A DNA stretch of 64,000 nucleotides from positions 31,930,001 through 31,994,000 of the forward strand of contig NC_043007.1 of the NCBI RefSeq assembly GCF_006345805.1, given 5' to 3'. The stretch is from Octopus sinensis (Eukaryota). Of the stretch, positions 1 to 11,111 are shown piece after piece. The stretch's first letter is position 1. Every line of letters begins with the position of its first letter. The translations under genes and the position numbers were made by a program. The notes beneath the pieces are model-generated. The model was not told the origin of the DNA. It was given only the letters and a program-made list of their open reading frames with translations, and ran no database searches.

Positions 1-540
1 ACACCACAGAGAATGAGATTCACTATTCAGAGTTAGATAAGAATTTGAACAATTTATTTTCATTTCCACTGATTATAGCTTTCACATTTTAAGAGCTCTG
101 CCTGCCTTTTGAACTAACATTATATTGCAAATAGCCTGGCCTCGAGGTAATGTCACCTGATGTTCCTTTAAAGAAGAATGTTAATCATAACGTGTACTGG
201 AACTTGGACTACAGCCATGCTGGAGCACCCAGAGCTTTGATTTGTTTAATGAAAAAACAAATCAACTTCGGTACATATATTTTAAGTCCCCTTTGTGAAA
301 CTGCAATGCTAAGCGAATGTAAACAACCAAACACCAAATGTCAATGTGGTGGGAGTGGGGGACAAGCACAAAGGCTTACACACACACACACACATCCACG
401 CAGTTTCTGTCAACCTAATTCACTCACAAGACATTGGTCGGCCCAGAACAATAGAAGATGCCCAAGGTGTTGCCCAGTGGGATTGAACCTGAAACCACAT
501 GGTTGCAATTAATATTCGTCACAGTGGCACTCTAATGCCA

Positions 541-2500
541 CATTCATCATCATCGTTGTGTTTAACTGAGGACTGGCAAGCCAGGAGGCTGCACCAGGCT
601 CCAATCTGATTTGGCAGTTTCTACAGCTGGATGCCCTTCCTAATGCCCACCATTCCAAGAGTGTAGTGGGTGGTTTTTACGTGCCACCAGCATGGGAGCC
701 AGTCGGGCGGCTCTGGCATCGACCATGCTCAAACAGTACCTTGTAAGTGCCACCAGTATGGGTGCCAGTCAGGCAGCGCTGACACTGGCCATGACTATGG
801 TTTCACTTGGTTCGATAGGTCTTCACAAGCACAGCACATTGCCCGATGATTGAAGGGTATTTTTAAAGGGGCCAGTTATGTAACACTGGCATCGGCCACA
901 GCTACGAGCTCACTTGGTTTGCCAGGTCTTCTCAGTCACTTGTCATAGCCTCTGTAAGGCCCAATGTTTGAAGGTCATGCTTCACCACCTCATCTCATAG
1001 GTTCCCTCCACTGTTAGGGTGTGACACTTCTTCACACAGCTGCCCTTATCCATATGTAACACATGAACATATCAGTGCCGTACACCACATCTGATGCTTC
1101 TTATGTCCAACTTTTCTCTCAGGGCACTTGCGCTCTGTCGTGTATGCACACTGACTTTACACATCCAGCGAGGCATACTAGCTTCATTTCTTTCAAGCCT
1201 ACACATGCCCTCAGCAGTCACAGGTCCATGTTTCACTGCCATGTAGCATGGCTGTTCACACACAGGCATCATACAGTCGACCATTCATTCTGAGTGAGAA
1301 ACCCTTTGTTACCAGCAGAGTTAGGAGCTCTCTGAACTTTGCCCAGGCTATTCTTATTCTAGCAACTACGATCTCAGAGCATCTACCCCCACTACTGACT
1401 TAGTCACCTCGGTAATGGAAGCTATCAACTACTTCTAGTTTTTCCTCCTGGCATGTGATGGAATTTGTTATCTGTACAACTTTGGCGTCTATTGCATGTG
1501 TGCATCTACCACACATAAAAGCTCTTCTAACTTAACCTTCCTTTGGTATTGTTGCAGCTCTTATGTGTCCATAGCTTACACCGGGTACAGCTTATGGAGT
1601 TTCTACCGACGCCTTTTCTACAGATCGAGCAGTGGTTTTTACTAGGATGACTCTAAAGTCCTACAACTCTAGACCTTGCTTCCACACCTGAAACTTCTCT
1701 AGTTCTGATAGTGACTCTGCTATTAGAGCAAGGTCATCAACATAGAGGAGCTCCTGGGGCAGTCTGGCTTGAATTCCTCTGTTATTGCCTGGAGGACTAT
1801 GATGAATAAGAGGGGGCTGAGGACCAATCCTTGGTGAACCCTTACTTCTACCTGGAATTCTTCACTATACTTGTTGCCAACCCTCACCTTTCTGACAGCA
1901 TCCCTGTACATGGCTTGTACAGCTCTCACCAACCACTCATTTATCCCTAGTTTCTGCATTAACCACCAGATAAGGGATCGGAGCACCCTGTCAAAGGCTT
2001 TCTCCATGTCAACAAAAGCCAAGTACAAAGGTTTACCTTTGGCTAGGAATTTCTCGTGCAGCTGTCTTACCAGAAATGTAGCATTAGTGGTGTTTCTCCT
2101 TGACACAAACTGCATCTCGTCTAAACTGACTCTCTCCCTAATTAGTTGGGCTATGACCCTCTCGTGACTTTCATCACCTGATCCAACAATTTGATACCTT
2201 TGTAATTATTTCTATCTATGGTATCCCCTTTGTAGCAGTTGACTATGGTGCTATTACACCACTCCTTGGGTATGACTCCTTCGTGTATCACCTGATTGAC
2301 TATACAGGTCACTAGACTACAGCTGAGACAGCCAGAATCTATGTGGACACATTTCTCTCCTATGACATCATGATTTTCTCTCACAAACTGTCTTGCAATT
2401 TGAAACACTTCAAGTCTCTGGATCTCATGAAGCAGAACATTGGCAAACTTTTTTTTTATCCTCTGGCTAAGTAAACCTGCTTCCTAGCTTCCCTTCTGGT
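541..2500 (-). mobile_element. 5'-truncated, frameshifted RTE-clade non-LTR retrotransposon (RT region plus 3'UTR)
   Basis: Minus-strand ORF fragments 2151-2408 (VIPKEWCNSTIVNCYKGD..NNYKGIKLL) and 1723-2115 (FLVRQLHEKFLAKGKPLYLAFVDMEKAFDRV..VHQGLVLSPLLF) are RTE-type RT motifs. The 3' end lies at about 545 with a (GAT)n-like tail, and the same 3'UTR recurs many times in the window. Confidence 0.85.
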
Positions 2501-2730
2501 AATATTATATGCTAAATTTCCCAAATTCTGCAGTGAAAAATAATCAAATCAGTTTAAGGCTCCAGTTTAGGAAGATCTGATATAAGCAAATGCTTGTAAA
2601 CAAAATATCTGTAATTTTTTTATTTATTTAAGTCGTTTATGAATCTGTTTTGAAGGATTCCTAATGTGAAATCATGTGTTGAAAGAGATATTATATTTCA
2701 GGATGGTCTTGTTTTTTTACTAAAATAAAG

Positions 2731-3084
2731 ACTGGCTGTGTGGTAAGTAGCTTGCTTACCAACCACATGGTTGCCGGATTCAGTCCAACTATGTGACACC
2801 TTGGGCAAGTGGCTTCTACTATAGCCTTGGGCCGACCAAAACCATATGAGTGGATCTGGTAGGCGGAAACTGAAAGAAGCCCGTCGTATATGTATACGTT
2901 TGTCCCCCCAACATCGCTTGACAACCGATGCTGGTGCGTTTACGCCCTGTAATTTAACAGTTCGACAAAAGAGACTGATAGAATAAGTACTAGGCTTACA
3001 AAGAATAAGCTCTGGGGTCGATTTGCTCGATTAAAGGTGGTGCTCCAGCATGGCCACAGCCAAATGACTGAAACAAGTAAAAGA
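2731..3084 (+). mobile_element. tRNA-derived SINE (family A)
   Basis: Head TGGCTGTGTGGTAAG (A-box-like) and GGATTCAGTCC (B-box-like); the body is shared with more than 10 copies in the window. Confidence 0.8.
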
Positions 3085-3346
3085 GTGTATATTGTTCTTC
3101 ACTCGCTTATTATTGTTCTTATTTTATCTTATGTCCATTGTCTGGAAGTCTTTCCTCGTACATGTGACCACTTCAGTGACATGAAGGAAACACATGGATG
3201 TCAGAGTCGCTGGAGACACAAATGTTTCAATGATTTCAAAACAATGGACATAAAATTTTAAAAAAAAGAACAATTATAAACAAGCGGAGAACGAATATAT
3301 CGTGCGCAGGTTTATTTTGGCCAAAAAAATATATATACACACTCTC

Positions 3347-3706
3347 TCTCTTTACTCTTTTAGTTGTTTCAGTCATTGGACTGCGGCCATGCTGGAGCAC
3401 CACCTTCAATCGAGTAAATCGACCCTGGGACTTATTCTTTGTAAGCCAAGTACTTATTCTATCGGTCGCTTTTGCCGAACCGCTAAGTTACGGGGACATG
3501 AACACACCAGCATCGGTTGTCAAGCGATGTTGGGAGGACAAACACAGACACACACACACATATATACATATACACGACGGGCTTCTTTCAGTTTCCGTCT
3601 ACCCGAGGCTATAGAAGACACTTGCCCAAAGTGCCACACAGTGGGATTGAACCCGGAACCATGTGGTTGGCAAGCATCTACTTACCACACAGCCACTCCT
3701 GCGCCT
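3347..3706 (-). mobile_element. tRNA-derived SINE (family A)
   Basis: Reverse-complement copy of the SINE at 2731, forming an inverted pair with it about 260 bp apart. Confidence 0.8.
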
Positions 3707-4389
3707 ATATATATAACAATATTTATTTAATTTTTTTTCATCTCAAAAAGGAAAGGGCTACGTATCCCACCTGAATTCGTTTCTTTTAAAATAGTCATTT
3801 GTTACTTTTCGGTACTCGACTCTTAAGCTTTCACTTTGACGATCTTTAGAATTTTGAACCGAAATTTTCTTTCGTGGTATTTTTATAGTAGTCTATTGCT
3901 TCCGCATCCGTTTTCATCTTTTCACAGCTTCAAGCTAAGTTTCACTTTAACGACGTGTGTGAACGGAATTGAAAATTGAATAAAACTAAAAATATCCTTC
4001 GTTTTGCGTCACGGGTCTGCACAAATGGCTTATAAAGTGGAAAGACAGCCGACTTTTAACACTTTCACAGCGAAATTACAGTTCATGGTTATTCCAGTAA
4101 TGATACTAAATACATACCAATAACTAAAATTGGTATTTTCTGCAAGTCACGTTGCCTTGAGTGGATCTAATTTCTGTAGTAAAAGGGTTATTAAAAACAG
4201 TTTGTCTTTCATTTCATAGATTTTTATCTTGTGCTCATTCTTCGTAACTGCTTTAACTAATCACGTTTTATACGAAGTCACAACAACGACATAACTGTGG
4301 CCTTTAAACCCAAACTTTAACAGGTTGGGGTACTAAAATTTAGTAGCTCGATGACCTCATAACATTGTCTACATACCTCGGGATGTAAC

Positions 4390-4760
4390 ATGACTAGAAT
4401 ACTTTTAATCATAGGTCTAACGAAATGTTCGATTATTAACTACCAAGAGACATAACGAAATGCTAATTTTAGTTACAAGAGGCCTGACGAAATTCTACGT
4501 TAAATAACCGAAGGTCTAAAATCCTAATTTTAGTAACCAGAGATTTGACGAAATACTAACGTTAATTACCAGAGGCCTAACGAAATCCTAAGTTTAGTAA
4601 CAAGTGCTCTGGTGAAATCCTAATTTTAGTAACCAGAGGTTTGACGAAATGCTAGTCTTAGTTCCGAGAGGCCTAACAAAATCCTAATTTTAGTTACCAG
4701 AGGTCTGACGAAATGCTACATTTAGTTACCAGAGGCCTAACCACATCCTAATTTTAACTA
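4390..4760. repeat. ~40-bp minisatellite, about 9 diverged copies
   Basis: Recurrent unit approximating TTTTAGTTACCAGAGGYCTRACGAAATSCTAA. Confidence 0.8.
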
Positions 4761-5809
4761 CAATGTAACAACAAATATGTGACAAGTTGTAGGCAAGTAA
4801 GAGGGCGGATGGCGATCAAATAAAATTAATATTCGGTTTGCAAACGTTGATGAAATGTTCTCAACAAAACTTACATTTAAACAAAGCCATATTTTTAAGA
4901 TGCAAAAATGCCTAACATCTGACATTACCGAAATACAAACCAAAAATAAAAATATCCGAAGGAAGAATAGAACGTAAAACGGTTAAAAATCAATAAACAG
5001 TGTGGGTCATGTTGACCTCCTTTCTTTTAACAAAATCAATCTTACATTAAGGGAGATTTAATTATTATGAAATATATATTTCTGAATATATAATAATGAT
5101 GATAAAAAGATATTTGATATTCAAGTTTCATAATGTTCTGTGAATATTAATTCATTCATTCATTATTTTGATTTTTTGAACAGTAAGAAGATATTTCAAT
5201 ATGTAGGTCACACAAAATTTATCCCAATAAATACAAACAGCAATGTTGCTCGTTTAATAATTCATTAAGTTTGTAATAGAATTATTAATTGGGGGTCATC
5301 GATCGACAGAAAAACATCCCCCAACATTATTTGGCGGGAAAATGTTTGACAGGTTATGGTTGTCAAACACAACTTGCTTTTCGTTTTCTTTCTTTCTTTT
5401 TAATCTGTTTCGAAATACAATTAAACACGGTACAAATTAAATCTCAATATATTTCCCCGATTATTGTAATAAATACTTAACTACACAATTAAGACTATAA
5501 ACATCTTAATTATTATCAATTATGAATAATTAAATGTTTACTCAAGCCAAGGGAAAACATTAGAAGAAAAAAAAAAACCCAAAAAAGTTCAAACGAGTCG
5601 ATTGTTGTTTACACAGCTCTAAATTCAATGATTAACGGTGTTCCAGCCATGACCATTCCAGTCATTCTTTAAAGGATTGTGTCACGAGAATGACATTATG
5701 AAATATGTTCCTTCCGAAAACGATTGAATTTGGTTTTGTGGAAATTTGGCTGCTATTTCCAGCAAGTCAAGTGAATCGTTATGGAAAAAGGCGGATTACT
5801 AAATAACTG

Positions 5810-6290
5810 CACCCACACACACATATATATATAGGTAGACAACGAGTTTGTATATATATATAACTCGCTATGCGTGTGTATATATATATATCTATATATA
5901 CATCTATCTATCTATATATATATATATATATATAGGGTAAACAATTGATAATATTATATATATATATATATATACACATCTATCTATATCTATACATCTA
6001 TCTATATATATATACATCTATCTATATATATCTATACATCTATCTATATATATCTATACATCTATATATATATCTCTACACATCTATATATATATATATT
6101 ATATATATATATATATCTATATCTCTATATATCTACATCTATATATATATATATACATCTATCTATATATATATATATCTATACATCTATATATATATAT
6201 ATATATATCTACATCTATATATATCTATATATCTACATCTATATATATCTATATCTCTATATATCTACATCTATACATATATGTATACAT
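5810..6290. repeat. Compound (TA)n/(TATC)n microsatellite
   Basis: Directly visible low-complexity tract. Confidence 0.95.
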
Positions 6291-6789
6291 GTAGCAGGCA
6301 CTGGTCAGGCTTCAGCATAAATGGAAACATTAACGATTTAGTGTCTCATGAAGCAACGAGATTGAAATGGAACACGAGGGTCAACCACCAAATAAAAAGA
6401 CACGTGGGGTCGGTGAAGCCAATACAAACCCCACAGCCCCTACCAAAAGGAAAAAAAAGGAACACCCACAACGGTCAAAGTTTCTAATATTAATATTCTA
6501 ACGAACATTTTCTATCTTCACGTCGATTGCGTCTCATAAATTTAAACTTAGAAAATAATAAAAACATTCGGATCATAATATTATTGTTTAATAATTGATG
6601 GGAGGAAAAAAGAACAACACCGACTTTGGATAAGAAGCCAAAGTGTTTCTATCAGGATTATACTATCGTGTTTTATTTAGGATTTGAGATATACAAAGGA
6701 CAGATATCTAGGAATATTATTTTTCGGGTTTGTGTTTTAAAAACAAGGGAGAAATTATAGAAATGAGACATCAGTGAAAACCGGCAGCC

Positions 6790-7105
6790 GTACTACTAGC
6801 GAACAGTGGTCCCGGTGCGCGCACACGCGCAGTCGCGCATCCGCGTTAGATAGTCGTGACTAGTCGATCGTACAACCACTACCCAGCAAAGTAAATAAAA
6901 TACAAAATAAATCATTTTTTTTTACACAAAATAAATAGTTTTCGTTAAAAAAGGTAAATAAAACACAAAAACACAAAGTAAATGAGTTTTTAAGCAAAGT
7001 AAACAACAAAAAGACACAAAGTAAGGATCGACTAGTCACGTCTAGCTGGCGCGGATGCGCGAGTACGCGGGAGCGCGCGCCGGGACCACTGTTCGCTAGT
7101 AGCAC
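6790..7105. mobile_element. CpG-rich MITE-like foldback element in PARP1 intron 1
   Basis: Roughly 80-bp imperfect terminal inverted repeats (CTACTAGCGAACAGTGGTCCCGG...GTGACTAGTCGATC / GATCGACTAGTCAC...CCGGGACCACTGTTCGCTAGTAG) around an A-rich core; no target-site duplication (TSD) resolved. Confidence 0.7.
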
Positions 7106-7184
7106 CGCAGATTCGCTACGAGTTGTTGTTGAAGATGACGGAAAACGAAGGAAGAAACAAATAGAAGCCCTCTCAGCTACGCAC

Positions 7185-7304
7185 CTGAACCATAACTGCC
7201 ATTCTCAGGTTGCCTTGTTTGATGCCAGTTCTGCATGCTTTGCAGGTGGAACGGTTGCTCTTGGCGTACTCAGCCTGGTAGGGCAAGTCGTGCCGGTCAG
7301 CCAT
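7185..7304 (-). CDS. PARP1: Poly(ADP-ribose) polymerase 1, first coding exon (start of zinc finger 1)
   Basis: Translates MADRHDLPYQAEYAKSNRSTCKACRTGIKQGNLRMAVMVQ, then a CAG|GTGCGT donor. This matches the PARP zinc-finger start EYAKSxRxxCxxC..LRMAxMVQ. The exon is 120 nt, phase 0. Exon 2 was not found in the window. Confidence 0.92.
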
Positions 7305-7558
7305 CTTGTTGTCGTTTAGTTCTGTCCGACAGAAGCAGGAGGCGCTGCGCAGTTCGCTTTTCTACCCCGAGTACACACCGACCCGAATACCACCACCACC
7401 ACCACTCCCTCTCCTTTACACGCATCAACACACACATGAACACACACACGCGCACACACACACACACACGTGTATGGCTATATGAAAATAAAGAAGTATA
7501 TTTATAGATTGATGCAAACGGGAAAAAATTAGAACAGAAAATATGAGTGTAGCTATAT

Positions 7559-7712
7559 TTTTTTATTAATGTTTAGCAGTAGTAACGGAGTGACTCCCAG
7601 GGCCGAGAGTTTCGTGTGTGCGTTACCACTTAACAAACTTTGATAAGTGCCAATCGACGAAACTCTCGGACCTTGAGTCACACTGTTAGTTTTGCTAAAT
7701 ATTAATAAAAAT
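7559..7712. repeat. Imperfect palindrome with a decayed hammerhead-like core
   Basis: Arms of about 55 bp (TTTTATTAATGTTTAGCA..CCGAGAGTTTCGT / ACGAAACTCTCGG..TGCTAAATATTAATAAAA); TTGATAA at 7640-7646 and GAAAC from 7659. Confidence 0.6.
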
Positions 7713-7747
7713 GTGGGTGTGGGGGTGTGTGTTGAAAGTGCTGAGGA

Positions 7748-7761
7748 GTTTCCATGGCAAC
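7748..7761. promoter_or_regulatory. RFX X-box motif
   Basis: GTTTCCATGGCAAC matches the near-palindromic X-box consensus GTTNCCATGGNAAC. Confidence 0.5.
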
Positions 7762-7884
7762 TTTGAGTTTGCTTAACAGAAAGGCGTGGCCTCTAGGGCA
7801 AAATTCCTCATCTTTAAAATGTGGCCCTAATAAACCCGAATGAAATTAGATTATAATACTAGTATATATATATATTATATATAT

Positions 7885-7922
<38 letters not shown>

Positions 7923-7953
7923 AGCGAGAAAGAAGCAACAAGAATGGATAGGT

Positions 7954-8044
7954 TTTTAGTACGATCGTTTCATACAAGGACAGGTTTTATTAAAAGTTGC
8001 AAAGATTACAGCATATAAACGAGTCCCGTACTCATCAGCTAAAA
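7954..8044 (-). ncRNA. Type I hammerhead ribozyme (mirror copy)
   Basis: Reverse complement of 9044-9134. Confidence 0.8.
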
Positions 8045-9043
8045 TACATGTAAGTTCTCTAGACATCCTAGTGTTTGAGGCTATACTCATGAAGTAATGT
8101 AGATAATTAAACAGATTTCTAAAGTTCATTAAAGTTCTTTAAAGATGATGTACAGTCTTATCACAGAATTTTAAAAAAGTTTTGATAGCATCACAGAGAA
8201 GGTGACCTAATCCATATGAATTTCCATAGATATGATGAGGGATTATATACTCACAGAAGACAAATTTATCCATTGTTAATTACAACGAGGTGGGTCTCAA
8301 TTCCTGCTTATTAGCATTACAGAGAGGGTGAATTAATCCTTTGTATATATGCACAGATTCCAATGGTGTAGATGTAAATTTCTAGAGAAATGGAGATGAA
8401 TTTCATATTCACAGGCGATAAATTTTTCAATGGTTGAACACAATGAGGTAGGTATCAATTCTTGTTATATGATTAGGTATTTGCCACATTAATCACATTA
8501 CTGCTATTCACAAGAGGCTGTAGCTATTTGAGGAAATAGCTACAGCCTCTACAAGAGGAAATAGCTACAGCCTCTTGTGAATAGCAGTAATGTGATTAAT
8601 GTGGCAAACACCTAATCATATAACAAGGATTGATACCTACCTCATTGTGTTCAACCATTGTAAAATTTATCGCCTGTGAATATGAAATTCATCTCCATTT
8701 CTCTAGAATTTACATCTACACCATTGGAATCTGTGCATATATACAAAGGATTAATTCACCCTCTCTGTAATGCTAATAAGCAGGAATTGAGACCCACCTC
8801 GTTGTAATTAACAATGGATAAATTTGTCTTCTGTGAGTATATATAATCCTCATCATATCTATGGAAATTCATATGGATTAGGTCACCTTCTCTGTGATGC
8901 TATCAAAACTTTTTTAAAATTCTGTGATAAGACTGTACATCATCTTTAAAGAACTTTAATGAACTTTAGAAATCTGTTTAATTATCTACATTACTTCATG
9001 AGTATAGCCTCAAACACTAGGATGTCTAGAGAACTTACATGTA

Positions 9044-9134
9044 TTTTAGCTGATGAGTACGGGACTCGTTTATATGCTGTAATCTTTGCAACTTTTAATA
9101 AAACCTGTCCTTGTATGAAACGATCGTACTAAAA
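9044..9134 (+). ncRNA. Type I hammerhead ribozyme
   Basis: Stem I UUUUAG/CUAAAA; core CUGAUGA 9050-9056; stem II GUACGGGAC/GUCCUUGUAU with a long loop; GAAA 9117-9120; self-complementary stem III ACGAUCGU; GUA triplet with predicted cleavage after 9128. Confidence 0.8.
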
Positions 9135-9456
9135 ACCTATCCATTCTTGTTGCTTCTTTCTCGCTTATAACACCCCACATTACTGTATTGTTAAATCAGT
9201 ATAGTTTTTTTTGGTGCATCTAAGTTAGGTACCATATTCAAGTAAATTTTTTAAATTAACTTGAATCTTTATTGCTCTTTGTATATATATATATATATAT
9301 AATATATATATATATGTACATATGTATATATACATATATACATATGTATATATACATATTATATATATATATTATATATATATATATATATAATATATAT
9401 ATATTATATATATAATATACATATGTATTTATATATACATATGTATATATATATAC

Positions 9457-9487
<31 letters not shown>

Positions 9488-9517
9488 ATATATATATATA
9501 TATATTACGAGTGGATG

Positions 9518-9551
<34 letters not shown>

Positions 9552-9559
<8 letters not shown>

Positions 9560-9690
9560 GAAGGAGCTTCTACAGGACTAGAACTGTTTCCCTGTAGAAG
9601 CTCCTTCTATATAATAAATTAATTTTACTCTGCTATGTATTGAGTACCTTATTTACTGTGGTTAACCCCGAATCAACCCGGGACCTACAT
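9552..9690. repeat. Short hairpin element in (TA)n with a 3'-half hammerhead remnant
   Basis: Perfect 25-bp arms 9552-9576 and 9591-9615. The loop reads GAAAC-AGUUCUA-GUC on the minus strand. The tail motif ATGTATTGAGTAC recurs at about 27595. Confidence 0.6.
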
Positions 9691-9707
9691 ATATATATAT
9701 ATATATA

Positions 9708-9988
9708 GACCGACCAGGCTATCAGATGTTGTTATACATCGCTGGTCACAATGCGCTTTGCATTGTTTTAGCCTTCGAATGACGCCACCCCGCTGGCTAA
9801 GCAAGCAGGCCAACAGAAGAAAGAGTGAGCGAAAGAGTAAAGCAGGGGTCGGCACCACACCCTGCCGGTGCCTTGTGGAGCTTTAGGTGTTTTTGCTCAA
9901 TAAACAATCACAACACCCGGTCTGGGAATCGAAACCGTGATCCTATGACCGCGAGTCCGCTGCCCTAACCACTGGGCCATTGTGCCTC

Positions 9989-9990
<2 letters not shown>
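9708..9990 (-). mobile_element. tRNA-derived SINE (family B)
   Basis: Minus-strand head with A-box TGGCCCAGTGG and B-box GGTTTCGATTCC. Confidence 0.7.
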
Positions 9991-10049
<59 letters not shown>

Positions 10050-10105
10050 CTGTAAAGGTAATATATGACAATTATTCCGTAGCAATGATAAAACACTGAT
10101 GGTCG

Positions 10106-10166
10106 GATAACTGAAGAGATGGCAGTGTGGATTTCCACCCCGACATCTGAAACTCAGAGTTTTATC
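10106..10166 (+). ncRNA. Minimal hammerhead ribozyme-like motif
   Basis: GAUAA - CUGAAGA - stem II GAUG..GUGGA/UCCAC..CAUC - GAAA - near-palindromic CUCAGAG - GUU triplet - UUAUC. Confidence 0.6.
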
Positions 10167-10518
10167 ATGGCTACTGAATAATTGTGCGGCATGTTTTTAG
10201 GTTCTCATATTTGGCTGTTACGGACAGATTTTCTATAGCACAGCAAAGTGCAATAGTCTCAGTCCTTTGTCATCACCTCTGTGAAGCTCAGCATCTTAAG
10301 ATCAGCCTTCACTTCTTCATCCCATATCATCCTGGGTCTCTCTCTTTCACAAGTTCCGTCACTACGCATCACATGACAAAACTAATTCACTCCTTCTTTT
10401 GCACACTACATCTGATTCCTCTTATGCATTAGTTTTTCTCTCAGTATATTAGCACTTTTGTCATACATGCATACCGATACAGCACATCCAACTGAGCATA
10501 GCAGCTACAAACACACAC

Positions 10519-10563
<45 letters not shown>

Positions 10564-10619
10564 CTGTAAAGGTAATATATGACAATTATTCCGTAGCAAT
10601 GATAAAACACTGATGGTCG

Positions 10620-10680
10620 GATAACTGAAGAGATGGCAGTGTGGATTTCCACCCCGACATCTGAAACTCAGAGTTTTATC
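10620..10680 (+). ncRNA. Minimal hammerhead ribozyme-like motif (duplicate)
   Basis: Copy of 10106-10166 in the second tandem unit. Confidence 0.6.
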
Positions 10681-11111
10681 ATGGCTACTGAATAATTGTG
10701 CGGCATGTTTTTAGGTTCTCATATTTGGCTGTTACGGACAGATTTTCTATAGCACAGCAAAGTGCAATAGTCTCAGTCCTTTGTCATCACCTCTGTGAAG
10801 CTCAGCATCTTAAGATCAGCCTTCACTTCTTCATCCCATATCATCCTGGGTCTCTCTCTTTCACAAGTTCCGTCACTACGCATCACATGACAAAACTAAT
10901 TCACTCCTTCTTTTGCACACTACATCTGATTCCTCTTATGCATTAGTTTTTCTCTCAGTATATTAGCACTTTTGTCATACATGCATACCGATACAGCACA
11001 TCCAACTGAGCATAGCAGCTACAAACACACACACACACACAGGAACAAATCTCTTTCAGTTTCTGTCTGTTGAATTCATTCACAAATCTTTGGTCAGCAT
11101 GAGGTTAACTT

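Larger units (their letters stand above)
7305..7860 (-). promoter_or_regulatory. PARP1 5'UTR/proximal promoter region
   Basis: Locally CpG-rich. A YY1-like CAAGATGGC overlaps the ATG, an NRF1-like GCGCTGCGCA lies at about 7342, and a GC-box-like GGCGTGGC at about 7783. Confidence 0.55.
7919..9282. mobile_element. Non-autonomous Penelope-like palindromic element inserted in (TA)n
   Basis: Inverted arms 7919-8529 and 8559-9169 (about 610 bp, few mismatches), a 29-bp centre, an unpaired tail of about 110 bp on the right, (TA)n on both flanks, and a hammerhead motif in each arm. Confidence 0.75.
10010..11037. repeat. 514-bp direct tandem duplication
   Basis: Identical ORFs at 10184 and 10698 (offset 514); the units are bounded by (CA)n/(TA)n. 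Confidence 0.9.

Noticed and set aside
2731-2810. tRNA genes at SINE heads
   Set aside because: A/B boxes are present but there is no complete cloverleaf, and each head continues into a SINE body.
3302-3774. Recurrent small ORFs such as CPRCHTVGLNPEPCGW and AVFLQLDALPNANH
   Set aside because: They recur because they are translations of high-copy SINE/LINE-UTR sequence, not a gene family.
5945-6487. 180-aa Ile/Tyr-rich ORF
   Set aside because: It is a translation of the (TA)n/(TATC)n microsatellite.
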